Positions 34,386 to 47,700 of a stretch of 64,000 nucleotides of DNA are shown here, one piece after another. Position 1 is the stretch's first letter; the number at the start of each line of letters is the position of its first letter. The notes beneath the pieces were generated by a model. That model saw nothing but the letters and a program-made list of their open reading frames with translations, did no database searches and was not told the origin of the DNA. The DNA comes from Hypanus sabinus (taxonomy: Eukaryota). Both the position numbers and the translations under genes were made by a program. Where the stretch lies: the NCBI RefSeq assembly GCF_030144855.1, contig NC_082713.1, forward strand, positions 63,488,001-63,552,000. Reading direction: 5' to 3'.

Positions 34386-36985
34386 CCATGGGGATCCTTT
34401 GCATTTAGTGACCACAATGCCTTTAGCTTCAAAGTATGTATACAAAAAGCTAAGTCTGGTCCACAGGTATGGATTCTAAATTGGAGAAAGCCCAATCTTG
34501 ATGGTATCAGAAATAATCTGTGGACTGGGACAGGCTGTTTTCTGGCAAAAGTGTACTTGGTAAGTGGGAGGCTTTCAAAAATAAAATCCTGTGATACAAA
34601 GCTTGTAAGCACCTGACAGAATAAAAGGTAAAAATAACAATTGTCAGGAATCTTGGTTTTCAAGTGATATTGAGGACTGGGTTCAGGGAAAAAAAGGAGG
34701 TGGATAACAGGTATAGATAAGCATAAACAGATGGGGTGCTTATGGAGTATAAGAAATGGAAGAGAACATTTAAGAAATAAATCAGGAAGGCTAAATGCAG
34801 GTTTGAGGACGCTCTAGCAGAAAAGGTGAAAGAGAAACTTCAGGGATTCTACAGATATGTTAATAGCAAAAGGATTGCAAAGGACAAAAATCTGGAAGAC
34901 CAGAATTATAATCCATGTGTGGAACCAAAACAGATGGGGGAGAACTTAAATGGATTCTTTGCATGTGTATTTACTTAGGAGATGTGAGGCAAAGTGGCAC
35001 CGACTTCATGGACCCTGTACACATTATAGATGAAGAGGTGTTTGCTATCCTGAGGATAATCAGAGTGAATAAATACCCAGGGCTTGACAAGCTGTTCCCA
35101 TGGACTCTATGGGAGGCATGTGCAGAAATTGTCAGGATCAAAGCAGAGATATTTTAATCATCTTTAGTAACAGAGAATTGGAGGATAGCCAATGTTGCTC
35201 CACTGCTTAAAAATGTTTTTAAACATAAACCAGGAAATTATGGGCCAATGAGTCAGACATCAATTGTGGGAAAGTTATTGGAAGGTATTCTAAGGGACCG
35301 GATATATAAGCATTTGGAAAGACATGGACTGTTTAAGGCTTTGTGCATAGTAGGACACATCTGGCCAATCTTAGAGTTTTTCGAGGAAGCTACCAGGAGA
35401 ATGGATGAAGGCACGGCAGTGGATATGGTCTATATGGACTTTAGTAAGGCATTTGTCAAGATCCCCCATGAGAGCCTGATTGAGGAGGTTCAGTTGCTCA
35501 GCATTCACGTTAAGATGGAAAATTGGATAAGACATTTACTTTATGAGAGAAGCCAGAGAGTGCTAGTAGAGTGTTCTCTTTCTGACTGAAGTCATGTGAC
35601 TAGTGGTGTGCTGCAGGGGTTGTTTCTGGGTCCTTTCTATTTGTCATCTACATCAATGATCTGGTTCATAATGTGGTTAACTGGATCAGGAAATTTGCTG
35701 ATGGCACCAATGTTGGGGTGTAGTGGACAGTGTGGTTACATCCACACTAGACTGGATAATTTTGAAAATGCCGATTTCACGTAAAAACGATAGGCATTTT
35801 TAGAAATATCTCTGTCCATATTGAAATGGATTTTTGGGCAAAACTCCTCCTACTGCACATGCACAGGACACATCTACTGAAAACAAGCAACATGTTTGGT
35901 TTCAAATCTCACTGTGAAAGTGTGTGGTTGTGCAGTTACAGACTAGAAAAAAACAAATGACAGGCAGCTGTTGGCTCTTGCGCAGGAGGACTTAAAAGTA
36001 AAAAAAAAACCCAAATACGGGAGCGTATAGAGGCAACCGATGGGGAGTTCACAGACAGATTGGCCCGGCTGATGACAAACATTGAAAAACTAACTAACTC
36101 TGCTGCATTAGTAAGATACCATGTTAAATGTGTAAAACATGTCTGCATCAGTATTATCTTGCATTTCCATACAATGTTACATTAGGCTGTTGCACATCTA
36201 TTGTCAGAGAAGTACTTGCATAAATAGGTAAACCACCTTCATACGAGCAAGGACAGAAAATGGCAAAGTGAGTATACTTATTTATTCAGTAAGTCATAGG
36301 TCAAAGTATTTGGTGAGTACATTTCTAACACTTCTGGCTTCAGTCTCGTTGCTGTCTGTTCTGAAATTGTCAGATTGTGTGGGGGGTTGTGTTCAGGAAA
36401 ACAATGAAATGGCGCTCTGCCGTCGGACAGTATTTTCAGATTTCTCTGGTTACCCAGTCCACACTGATCTGCCCAAGCGGCATTTTCAAGATTACACACC
36501 CTGGACAGAGTTTCTGAAAAGCTCCGGTTTCGAGGGATGAAAATGCCATTTTAGTGTGGACAGAGGGTAAAAACGATGAAAATAATCTTCCGTTACATAT
36601 TTATTTGGTCTAGTGTAGACCTAACCTGAGGAGGGCTGTTATGGCTTGCAGAGGGATGTGCATCAGCTGGAAAAATGGGCAGAAAAATGGCAGATTGAAT
36701 TTAATGCAGACAAGTGTGAGGCATTGCATTTCAATAGGACCAACCAGGGTATGTCTTACACACTCTGAGGAGTGTGGTAGGATAAAGAGATCTGGGGATA
36801 CAGTTCCATAATTCCTTGGAAGTGTCATCACAGGAAGATAGGATCATAAAGAAAGCTTTTGGTGCATTAGCTTTCAGAAATGAACATTTTGCGTACAGAG
36901 ATGGGATGTTATGTTGAAATTGTATAAGACATTAGTGAAGCCTACTTTTGAGTATTGTGTGCAATTTTGGTCACACTACAGGAAA
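34386..36985 (+). mobile_element. Decayed CR1 LINE ORF2, split by a Harbinger MITE
   Basis: Motifs FSDHNAFSFK...LNWRKPN, VNKYPGLDKLFP, VDMVYMDFSKAFVKIPH and LYKTLVKPTFEYCVQFWS. It reads through when 35734-36626 is removed. Confidence 0.85.
35734..36626. mobile_element. PIF/Harbinger-type non-autonomous DNA transposon (~890 bp)
   Basis: TIRs ggttacatccacactagac ... gtctagtgtagacctaacc, with a 3-bp target (tgt/tga) in CR1 gtggacagtga|ggag. No transposase ORF. Confidence 0.78.
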
Positions 36986-36989
36986 GGAA

Positions 36990-39607
36990 GAAGTAAAGCA
37001 GGATTGGAAAATATAGAATCTCTGTGGGTAGAAGGGGACACTAGCAGGGATGATGGCAGAACTGCAATGATTGGAGTTTCTGGGATCAATTGGGAATGTG
37101 AACGATAGATATGTCCCATAAAGAGAAAGTATTCTAAATTTCGGTGTGGCAGATATAAAGACGGAGGTCTCTGTAGTCAAGCAGTCACACTCTTTCTCAC
37201 AATGGTGGGAGAGCTTGCTGCTGATTCTCGAATCAGAGAATCTCAGAACAAAAAACAACGCATCAGACTATACTATCATAACAGCGACTTTCAGTCTCCC
37301 CTTTCACTGTGAAAATGGGTGATATCTCTTTGACCATTTTTAGTGAGAGAGAGAGAGAGCCTGTGGTATGTTGAACTGACAGATAGCCAATAGTTTTTGT
37401 TGATTACAGATCATGGACTCTCTTAGGAGTGTTGCTTGGTAGGTGGTGGACACTGACGCTTTTGCTGAAATGGATGGGGTCCGGTATGGGGGAAATGATG
37501 ATTGATGCTTGCTGCTGTTAGCACAGGGGATAGCGTGAGGGGCTTTGGGGTTCTAATGCTTTTCTGTCAGTTATTCTTTTGGGGTTCTTCTGTTTTTTTT
37601 TTGTAGATTACTGTGAAGGCAAGTACTTCAGGTTGTATATTGTGTACATTCGCTGATAATAAATGGAACCTCTGAACTATTTGAAATGAAGCAAGCATGG
37701 CTGACAAGATGTCAAAGTTAACATAAATGCAAAAGAGAAAACATATAAAAAAAACAAAAAAATATTTAAAAGGTAGATAGCTGGTAAATTTATTTAAAAA
37801 AGCAGCCAAAAAACCCGTAAGGTGGGGAAACATGAAATATGAATGTACAATAAGCTAGCCAATAATATCCATATGATACCAAATGATTTTCAAATATATA
37901 AAGAGTAAAAGAGAGATGAGAGTAGATATTAGATCCCTGGAAAATAACACGGGGGAGATAGTAACAGAGTCAAGGAAATGGGGGAAAAACTGAATAAGTA
38001 TTTTAAATCGGTCTTCAATGTGGAAGACACTAATAGTGTTTGGGAAGTTCGAGTGTGTCAAAGGACAGAAGTGAGTGGAGTTGTTAATACATGGACCTGA
38101 TAGACTACACCACGGATTTCCAAAAGAGGTAGCTGAAGAGAATGTGGAGGCATTACTAATGATCTTTCAATAATCATTTGATTCTGACATAGTTCCGGAG
38201 GAATGGAAAATTGCAAATGTCACTGGCACTCTTCAAGAAGATAGAGAGGAAGAAGAAAGGAAATTATTAGCAGTTAGTCTGACCGCAGTGGTTGGGAAGA
38301 TGTTGGAGTCAATTGTTAAGGATGTGGTTTCGGGGTACCTAGAGGCACATGGCCAAAGTCAGCATAGTTCCCATAAGGTAAAATCTTGCCTGACAAATCT
38401 GTTAAAACTCTTTTTAGAAATAACAAGCAGGAGAGACAAAGAGAATCAGTGGATGTTGTAAACTTGGAATTTCAGAAAGCCTTTGGCCAGGTGCCACACA
38501 TGAGGCTGCTGTACAAGATAAAAGCTTAGAGTATTACAGGAAAGATTCTAACATGGATAGATAACAGCAGCTGACTGTCAGGAGTCAAAGAGTGGGAATA
38601 AAGGAATCCTTTTTGGATAGGCTGCTGGTGACGATTGGTGTTCAACAGGGTTTTGTGTTGGGAATGTTTCTTTTTGCGTTGAATGTCAATGATTTGGATG
38701 TTGAAATTGATAGTTTTATGGCGAAGTTCACGGACAATATAGTATAGGTGGAAGAGCAAGTAGTGCTGAGGTAGCAGAGAGACTGTAGAAGGACTGAAAT
38801 ATATTAGAAGAATGAGCAAAGAGGTGGCAGGTGGAATGCAGTGTTGAGAAATATATGGTCATGCACTTTTGCAGAAGGAATAAAAACATACAGAATTTTC
38901 TAAACAGGGAGAAAATTCAAAGATCTGAGGTGCAAAGTGATTTGGGATCCTCATGCAGGATTCCCAGTAGGTTAATTTGTAGATTTAATGGGTGGCGAGG
39001 AAGGAGAATGCAATGTTAGCATTCATTTCAAGAGGACTAGAGCCTCAAAACAAGGGTGTAATGCTGAGGTACAGGTGAGGTCTCACTTGTAGTATTGTAA
39101 GTAGTTTTGAGCCCGTTGTTTAAGAAAGGATGTGCTGACATTGGAGAGGGTTCAGAGGAGGTTCACGAGAATGGTACTGTGAATGAAAGGATAATGTATT
39201 CATAGCGATTGAAGGTACTGTGCGGTGGGATTTAATTGAAACCTATTGAATGTTGAAAGGCTGGGAGAGAGTGGATGTGAAGAGGAGGTTTCCTTTTGGT
39301 GGAAGAATCTAGGATCAGAGGACACAGCCTCAAAACTGAGGGACATTTATTTAGAATTGAGATGAGGAAGAATTTATTTAGCTGCAAGGTGGTGAATCTG
39401 TGGAATTCATTGCCACAGGTAGATGCAGTGTCCAGGTTACTGGGTGCTTTTAAGGTGGATGTTGATAGCTTCTAGAGTAGTCAAAGCATGAAAGGTTATG
39501 GTGAGAAGGCAGGAGAATGAGGTTAGGAGGGACATGGATCAGCGCTGTGAAATGGCAGAGCAGAGTTGATGGGCCAAATGGCTTAATTCTGCTCCTATGT
39601 TTTATGG
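36990..39607 (+). mobile_element. Decayed CR1 LINE (EN fragment, then RT and 3' UTR), interrupted at 37130-37685
   Basis: Motifs IESLWVE, WKIANVT, KSCLTNL, LEFQKAFGQVPH and WQVECSVEKYMVMHF. The 3' tail is aattctgctcctatgttttatggt. Confidence 0.85.
37130..37685 (+). mobile_element. Non-autonomous retroelement with a Rex1-like 3' tail
   Basis: Ends ttcaggttgtatattgtgtacattcgctgataataaatggaacc(tctgaac) and is related in tail to 60700-61115. Contains (ga)n. Confidence 0.5.
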
Positions 39608-40574
39608 TGTAAAATGGAAATAAATAATGGAGAGCAAGAAAACTGTTACATTTGTTCTAAATAAACCTAAACTTGGCATAGGTTTACAACAGAACATTTG
39701 ATCCAAGCAGAAAATGGAGAGAGGGGGAGGTAAAGATATGTTTAGTGATAACATCTCTTTGGAAGTGGTGGACATTGAGTACAATGATGTGTCGGATCTA
39801 AAGGCTGATGGGGTGGTAGGTAAGGGCAAGAGGAACTCTAGCTTGTTATTATAGCATAAGCTATTTAAATTGCACACTTGTGTTTCCATCACCTATCTTG
39901 TTTGATACTTATAGAAATCCTTTGCATAATAAGATGAGTGCACAATACCACAGGACTGATTTGAAAAATGATGATCAAATTTGTGGGAGAGATATGGTAT
40001 GGTTTTGAAAATGGATTATGCTTGACTTGGAGAAGAAGTCTGGTACAGATACTACTTGTAGCAAATGAGACTGAAATCAGAACTATTAATCATTTCATTT
40101 TGTGTATTATATACATTAGCCATTGGTATGGACCCAGAATATTCATATCAGAAGACTTTGAAATAGTCAAAGACCCTTACCAAAGAACTTGAAAGCACAA
40201 GTTTTTAATTCAAAGTAATAAACGCCACTAAATGAGCATTAGCTAACATAGCATAACAAAACATACCATGTCACTTTATCAGGGTGCACTTGCCATATAA
40301 ATAATGTATGCATTCCAGATAAGGTAGAATCACACTCCCTGAATCGTTGTTATTTCTCTACTTGCAGAACAATTAATAATTGTGAAGAGGGTAATTGTTG
40401 GAACCCTCTTCTCAATTTTTACTTACTTTGCAAGTAGAAAAACAATGAATTAATTGGAAAACATATACATTAATTGTTAAATTACAAATAATATACTTGC
40501 TTTGTTCAGTTTTTTGATAATAGTAGTTTATCAAAACTACTATTTTGATTTTTTATTTAGCGTAGGTAAATAAA

Positions 40575-41220
40575 GGATCCGCCTTGCCTGCCTGAACTCC
40601 GGGATCCGCCTTGCCTGCTTGAACTCCGGGATCCGCCTTGCCTGCCTGAACTCTGGGATCCGCCTTGCCTGCTTGAACTCCGGGATCCACCTTGCCTGCC
40701 TGAACTCTGGGATCCGCCTTGCCTGCCTGAACTCTGGGATCCCCCTTGCCTGCCTGAACTCCGGGATCCGCCTTGCCTGCCTGAACTCCGGGATCCGCCT
40801 TGCCTGCCTGAACTCTGGGATCCGCCTTGCCTGCCTGAACTCTGGGATCTGCCTTGCCTGCCTGAACTCCGGGATCCGCCTTGCCTGCTTGAACTCCGGG
40901 ATCCGCCTTGCCTGCCTGATCTCTGGGATCCGCCTTGCCGGCCTGAACTCCGGGATCCGCCTTGCCTGCTTGAACTCTGGGATCCGCCTTGCCTGCTTGA
41001 ACTCTGGGATCCGCCTTGCCTGCCTGATCTCTGGGATCCACCTTGCCTGCCTGAACTCAGGGATCCGCCTTGCCTGCCTGAACTCAGGGATCCGCCTTGC
41101 CTGCCTGAACTCAGGGATCCGCCTTGCCTGCTTGAACTCTGGGATCCGCCTTGCCGGCCTGATCTCTGGGATCCGCCTTGCCTGCCTGAACTCCGGGATC
41201 CGGCTTGCCTGCTTGAACTC
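40575..41220. repeat. 27-bp minisatellite, about 24 copies (gggatccgccttgcctgcctgaactcy)
   Basis: Direct tandem array with single-base variants and no spacers. Most units carry GGATCC. It explains ORFs 40553-41041, 40619-41407 and 41111-41299. Confidence 0.97.
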
Positions 41221-41378
41221 TAAGACTCTCTCGGAATTCCAGCATCACCTTGACACCTTGGTCCCTCAGACACCTTGGTCTCCACATCTTGTCTCTCATT
41301 TAGCTGTTCCCGTCCTGCCCCTAGTACTTCAGTGCCTGCGTCCTGCGCTTGGGTCCAGCCTCCTGTCCCTTTATGACA
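41221..41378 (+). repeat. Probable 3' end of a Gypsy-type LTR adjoining the minisatellite
   Basis: Reads ...cttcagtgcctgcgtcctgcgcttgggtcc...ttatgaca and ends TGACA like the solo LTR at 28233-28686. Confidence 0.5.
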
Positions 41379-41774
41379 AATTATTGATAAAGAATGTACA
41401 CTTTTAAGTGTATCTCAAGGGAGTAGAAACTTGTTAAAAGGAAACTACTCAGCATTTAATTAGGAAACTAAAGTAATAATATTAATTGAATAAAACAATC
41501 TTCCACAATGAAAATGTGCTTTGCTTGGTAGAGTCCAGTTTACTATCTAACCTGAGAAAATTGTTATTGATTCATAGGATGCTTGGTCTAATCCAAGTCC
41601 CTGAGATTGTGAGTCCTGGCAGCCGATCCCAAAATACTGAGAACAAATATTTATATTTTAGCCATTTGATTCTATGGCCTGGAGAATGGTAAATCACCAC
41701 CATATTGCCTTGTTGTTGGACAAGTCCCATTTCAAAACACTAAATGAATATTTAATTGTTTTAAAGAGCGTATT

Positions 41775-42032
41775 ATGTGAACTCCACCATGGACAGTTCC
41801 AGGTCGAGCTGCAAAAGGAGGTGGTTTGGGCATGGGGCTAGCAACCCTATCCTGTTTTAAAAAAAAACCAAGAGCTACAGAACACCAACAGAAACTCCAA
41901 AGACTTAATCCCTTGGAGAGGAAGGATCTTCAGTCAGTTAAACCTGAGGCATCTGGAAAGATTGGCCATAGACAGAGGACTCTCGTGAGTTGCTATCAGT
42001 GGCCTATGCATGAACAGGAGATGGGATTAAGA
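41775..42032 (+). mobile_element. RTE-derived short non-autonomous element
   Basis: RTE-like 5' block ggaggtggtttgggcatggggctagcaaccctatcc...aaa joined to a 3' block ggccatagacagagg...ggcctatgc...gggattaag. Confidence 0.55.
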
Positions 42033-43307
42033 AAGAAAGAATATTGTGTGATTTTAAAATTCAGTGATAGACTTATGACTGATTTATGGTGACAAAACTA
42101 TCTGGAAATGCATTTTTTCTGATAACGATGTTTCCTCAGGCAATCTTTTTTCCTGGTTGATATAATAGAAAAGGCTAGGTTGTCCTAGAACCAATTCACT
42201 GCTTGGATTCAGTGATCACAGTATCTGCCTTATGTACTTATATTTTGTGCATGTGGAGGGCTGAAGCAGATAACTAAGTGCATTAGGCAGACACCCAATA
42301 TGACTCCTGCAATGATAATCCTTTGGAAATGCCACCAATCTGGAATACTCTCACTGCAGTTTGAAAACCAACTGGCTGTTAAAGATAGGTACGGGTCTCT
42401 CAAAGATTTTATATGTTCCAAACGGTCAGAGATATTTAATCAGTTTCACCATGATATAAGTAATTTAAGAAAGGTACTCTAAAGCTAAAGAACAAGATTT
42501 AAACTGCTGCAAATAATTTTGAAAGAAAATGAAGCAAAACGATGAAAAAGAAAAGCAAATTACTTAACTTCACTTACCATTTCAATGAACCCTCCCTGGC
42601 AAAATTTGAAGGGCTGGCTGCAAATACACCCAGTGTCAAATCCATTAATGGCAGCAGCATTTTCCCTTTTTGGTTAACTCAGATTTGAGTCCTTCAGATG
42701 ATACGAACTGCTGGGAGGAAAAATGTCTTCAGGTGAGTTTATAATTACTGTTTAAAATCCACATTGCCCTTCACATTGTTCATCCACAATGACACTATAA
42801 ATGTGAAAGAACAAAAGCTGATCCTCATTTAGACACCATTGATTAGTTATTGACTGCAAAGAATTGATAACACTTCTTATCTGAAATAAATAGAGGTACA
42901 ATAGTTCACCTGGACTCAGATTTTGCATTTGTTGAATCTTTTCACTCTGTGCCAGTTCCTACAGCTAACAGGGATAAAAGGAAAGTATTGGACTATATAA
43001 TGATGTTTTGAAATATGGAGAAAGAAGCTGCCATCTTCAGAAATATAATAAGTTGCGGCATCATCTGGCATATTATAATCTGCACCCTCAACTAAGATAA
43101 TCAACAGATTTTGTCCTCATCTAAACAATCAAGGTATTACTGCACTGCAATTCTCTATCCATTTGTAAAATGTGCCTATTTTGCCATTTGTTCAAGATGA
43201 ATGAAAATATTTTGACATAAGGTCATTACATTTTTGTGAAATACTTTGCTTTCTTCTTCTGAAATAACTTGAAAATTAAATCAGCATAGGCATTGGAATC
43301 ATACTAT

Positions 43308-44072
43308 TGTTAGATGCTCGCAGTTTGATTTGTGAGTGGGAAGATGTAATGGTCTTGTGTATGGGATGATGTAATTGTCTTATGACCTTGGTGTGATATT
43401 ATGTCACAAAATGGCATGTTCCAAACCGTTTTTAAACCAACCTGCGGTTTGTGACGGGGTTCTCATTTTTATTTTTGTGCAACATTGTTGTTGCTGATTG
43501 GAGGTGTGGTGGCTCCACCGGTTTCATTTGTTGCGCGTTTATTTTTTCGAAGTGTGAAGGCATTACTGGAGTTATCTGAGTTCAAAGGATTGGATAAAGT
43601 TAATGTCATTCAGCTTCTTGGGAATGATCAACATTTTTTTTGACTTTGTTCAGGAATTGTGGCATGCACATTTGAGTTGAACCCCTGCAAGTTCGGGAAG
43701 GTTTGTGCAGTGACCACTCTCCAGTCAAAAGGTTGGTTCCTTTTATTTCCTCGTGATTTCTTCGAACAAGGCACCTACCGGCTATGGGACCAGCAGACCA
43801 TCATTACTTCGAAAGAATCATTTGTTTCGAGGAAGTCTCTCCTTACAGACTGCATAAATCACATGGATCTTGAACTTATCACTTTAAGTCTGTACTTGGA
43901 TGAGAACTCATTAACACAGTTTCTAAATCTGACTGTTTGTTAGCTATTGCTAACTTCCGGTTAAGTTAGTCGTTTGTTTACTTTTCTAAGTTTTGAGCAG
44001 AGGTTAATAAATCTTGGGCTTTGTTTTAAACCCTGTCTCAGTTTCATATTCATTGCTGCTGCATTCGTAACA
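43308..44072 (+). repeat. Solo LTR (~765 bp)
   Basis: Ends tgttagatgc ... gcattcgtaaca are inverted repeats, aataaa is near 44006, and the flanks are ctat/ctgt (4-bp TSD, one mismatch). Confidence 0.75.
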
Positions 44073-44701
44073 CTGTTATTTAAAATACAAGCTCATAAGA
44101 TCAGAACACCCAGTCAAGTAGCTAATTTCATAATTAAGATCTTTGTTTAATTTCATGTTCAGTTCATTGCCATTCAACCATACATGTATATACTGCCAAA
44201 CGAAACAACATTCCTCTGGACCAAAGTGCACAACACACACACAACACAACAACAAAAATGATTACAAATCAATCAAGTAATAAGATGCATTCATGACACA
44301 AGTTGAAAAGTAAACCGTATAATGCTGCATATGTGTAATGGGCTGGATTAATCAATCCGAGTGTCCAGGAGTTGTGATAATAAGTGTACATGCAAATCAA
44401 AATAATATAAGATGAATTTATTATCATCAAATAGGAAGCACAAATAAATCACACCAGATACTATGCAGTCAGCCACAAAGAGTTCAGGGCTCACAATTCT
44501 TAAGGCTGATTTATACTTGTGCATATGGCCTACGCCATAACCCTGATAACGCTCTACACCATAGTGAGCATGCGTTGGTGTACACCAAAACACCAGATGG
44601 CAGTGGGGTTTCTGTGCCACTGTGTTGAGTTTCTTCGTGAGAGACATGGACGAGGAAATGTATTCCAAACATTTTCACCTGTTGGCAGGTAGATTTGACA
44701 A

Positions 44702-47700
44702 AATGGTTCCTCTATTTCTCCCTGGTGCCAGGGTTCGGGACGTTTCTGATTGCGTCCAAGATATCCTGAAGTGGGAGGGTGAGGAGCCAGAGGTCGTGGT
44801 ACATGTAGGTACCAATGACATAGGTAGGAAAGGGGAAGAGGTCCTGAAACAAGAGTATAGGGAGTTAGGAAGGCAGTTAAGAAGAAGGACTGCTAAGGTA
44901 GTAATCTTGGGATTACTGCCTGTGCCAAGCGACAGTGAGAGTAGGAATAGAATTAGGTGGAGGATGAATGTGTGGCTGTGGGATTGAAGCAGGGGGCAGG
45001 GATTCAAGTTTCTGGATCATTGGGACCTCTTCTGGGGCAGGCGTGACCTGTTCAAGAAGGACGGGTTACACTAGAATCCTGGGGGGACCAAAATCCTAGC
45101 AGGGAGGTTTGCTAGGGCTACAGGGCAGACTTTAAACTAGTAAGATGGGGGGGGGGGGGCGGGAATCAGTTTGAGGAAACTATGGGAGAGGAGGTTATTT
45201 CACCAGTAGAGCAAGTAGATAGACAGTGTGTGAGGGAGGAAAGGCAGGTGATGGAGAAGGGATGCGCTCAGCCCGATGATGTAGGGGAGAAGAAAGAAAA
45301 GGATAATAAATTTGAATGCATTGTTAGGGATGAAAAGAGAGGAGGAGGTGGAGAGTATCTTAAATGTATCTATTTTAATGCTAGGAGCATTGTAAGAAAG
45401 GTGGATGAGCTTAAAGCGTGGATTGATACCTGGAATTATGATGTTGTAGCTATTAGTGAAACATGGTTGCAGGAAGGGTGTGATTGGCAACTAAATATTC
45501 CTGGATTTAGTTGCTTCAGGTGTGATAGAGTAGGAGGGGCCAGAGGAGGAGGTGTTGCATTGCTTGTCCGAGAAAATCTTATGGCGGTGCTTTGGAAGGA
45601 TAGATTAGAGAGCTCCTCTAGGGAGGCTATTTGGGTGGAATTGAGGAATGGGAAAGGTGTAGTAACACTGATAGGAGTGTATCATAGGCCATCTAATGGG
45701 GAGTGTGAGTTGGAAGAGTAAATGTGTAAGGAGATAGCAGATATTTGTAGTAAACACAAGGTGGTGATTGTGGGAGATTTTAATTTTCCACACTTAGACT
45801 GGGAAGCTCATTCTGTAAAAGGGCTGGATGGTTTAGAGTTTGTGAAATGTGTGCAGGATAGTTTTTTGCAACAATACATAGAAGTACCGACTAGAGATGG
45901 GGCAGTGTTGGATCTCCTGTTAGGGAATGCGATAGGTCAGCTGACAGATGTATGTGTTGGCGAGCATTTCGGGTCCAGTGATCTCAATAGCATTAGCTTC
46001 AATATAATTGTGGAGAAGGACAGGACAGGACCTAGAGTTGAGATTTTTGATTGGTGAAAGGCTAACTTTGAGGAGATGCGAAGGGATTTAGAGAGAGTGG
46101 ATTGGGTCAAGTTGTTTTATGGAAAGGATGTAATAGAGAAATGGAGGTCATTTAAGGGTGAAATTATGAGGGTACAGAATCTTTATGTTCCTTTTAGGTT
46201 GAAAGGAAAGGTTAAAGGTTTGAAAGCACTATGGTTTTCAAGGGATATTAGAAATTTGTTTCGGTAAAAGAGGGATGTCTACAATAGATATAGGCAGCAT
46301 GGAATAAAGGACTTGCTCGAGGAATATAAAGAATGTAAAAGTAATCTTAAGAAAGAGATTAGAAAAGCTAAAAGAAGATACGAGGTTGGTTTGGCAAATA
46401 TGGTGAAAGTAAATCCGAAAGGTTTCTACAGTTATATTAAAAGCAAGAGGATAGTGAGGGATAAAATTGGCCCCTTAGAGAATCAGAGTGGTCAGCTATG
46501 TGTGGAGCCGAGGGAGATGGGAGAGATTTTGAACGATTCCTTCTCTCAGGTATTCACTAAGGAGAAGGATATTGAATTGTGTAAGGTGTGGGAAACAAGT
46601 AAGGAAGTTATGGAACCTATGAGAATTGAAGAGGTGGAAGTACTGGGGCTTTTAAGAAATTTAAAAGTGGATAAATCTCCAGGTCCTGACAGGATATTCC
46701 CCAGGACCTTGAGGGAAGTTTGTGTAGAGATAGCAGGAGCTCTGACGTAGATCTTTAAGATATCATTAGAAACGGGGATTGTGCCGGAGGATTGGCGTAT
46801 TGCTCATGTGGTTCCATTGTTTAAGAAGGGTTCTAGAAGTAAGCCTAGCAATTATAGACCTGTCAGTTTGACATCAGTGGTGGGTAAATTAATGAAAAGT
46901 ATTCTTAAAGATAGTATTAATAATTATCTGGATAGATAGGATCTGATTAGGAGTAGCCAGCATGGATTTGTGCGTGGAAGGTCATGTTTGACAAACCTTA
47001 TTGAATTTTTTGAAGAAGTTACAAGGAATGTTGACGAGGGTAAGGCAGTGGATGTAGGCTATATGGACTTCAGCAAAGCCTTTGACAAAGTTCCACATGG
47101 AAGGTTAGTTAAGAAGGTTCAGTCGTTAGGTATTAATGCTGGAGTAATAAAATGGATTCAACAGTGGCTAGATGGGAGATGCCAGAGAGTAGTGGTGGAT
47201 AATTGTTTTTCGGGATGGAGGCCGGTGACTAGCGGGGTGCGTCAGGGATCTGTTTTGGGCCCAATACAGTTGTTTGTAATATACATAAATGATCTGGATG
47301 ATGGGGTGGTAAATTGGATTAGTAAATATGCCGATGATACTAAGGTAGGAGGTATTGTGGATAATGAGGTGGGTTTTCAAAGCTTGCAGGGAGATTTATG
47401 CCGGTTAGAAGAATGGGCTGAATGTTGGCAGATGGAGTTTAATGCTGAGAAGTGTGAGGTTCTACATTTTGGCAGGAATAATCCAAATAGAACATACAGG
47501 GTAAATGGTAGGGCATTGAGGAATGCAGAGGAACAGAGAGATCTAGGAATAACAGTACATAGTTCCCTGAAGGTGGAGTCTCATGTAGATAGGGTGGTGA
47601 AGAAGGCTTTTGGAACGCTGGCCTTTATGAATCAAAGCATTGAGTACAGAAGTTGGGATGTAATGTTAAAATTGTACAAGGCATTGGTAAGGCCAAATTT

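Noticed and set aside
33395-36985. Single CR1 with a twin-priming inversion
   Set aside because: The two oppositely oriented parts both contain the same RT C-terminal region and point away from each other, which fits two separate copies.
40575-41220. CRISPR-like array or repetitive protein gene (ORFs of 162 and 262 aa)
   Set aside because: Units are contiguous with no unique spacers and no cas genes, and the context is vertebrate. The ORFs follow from a 27-bp stop-free unit.
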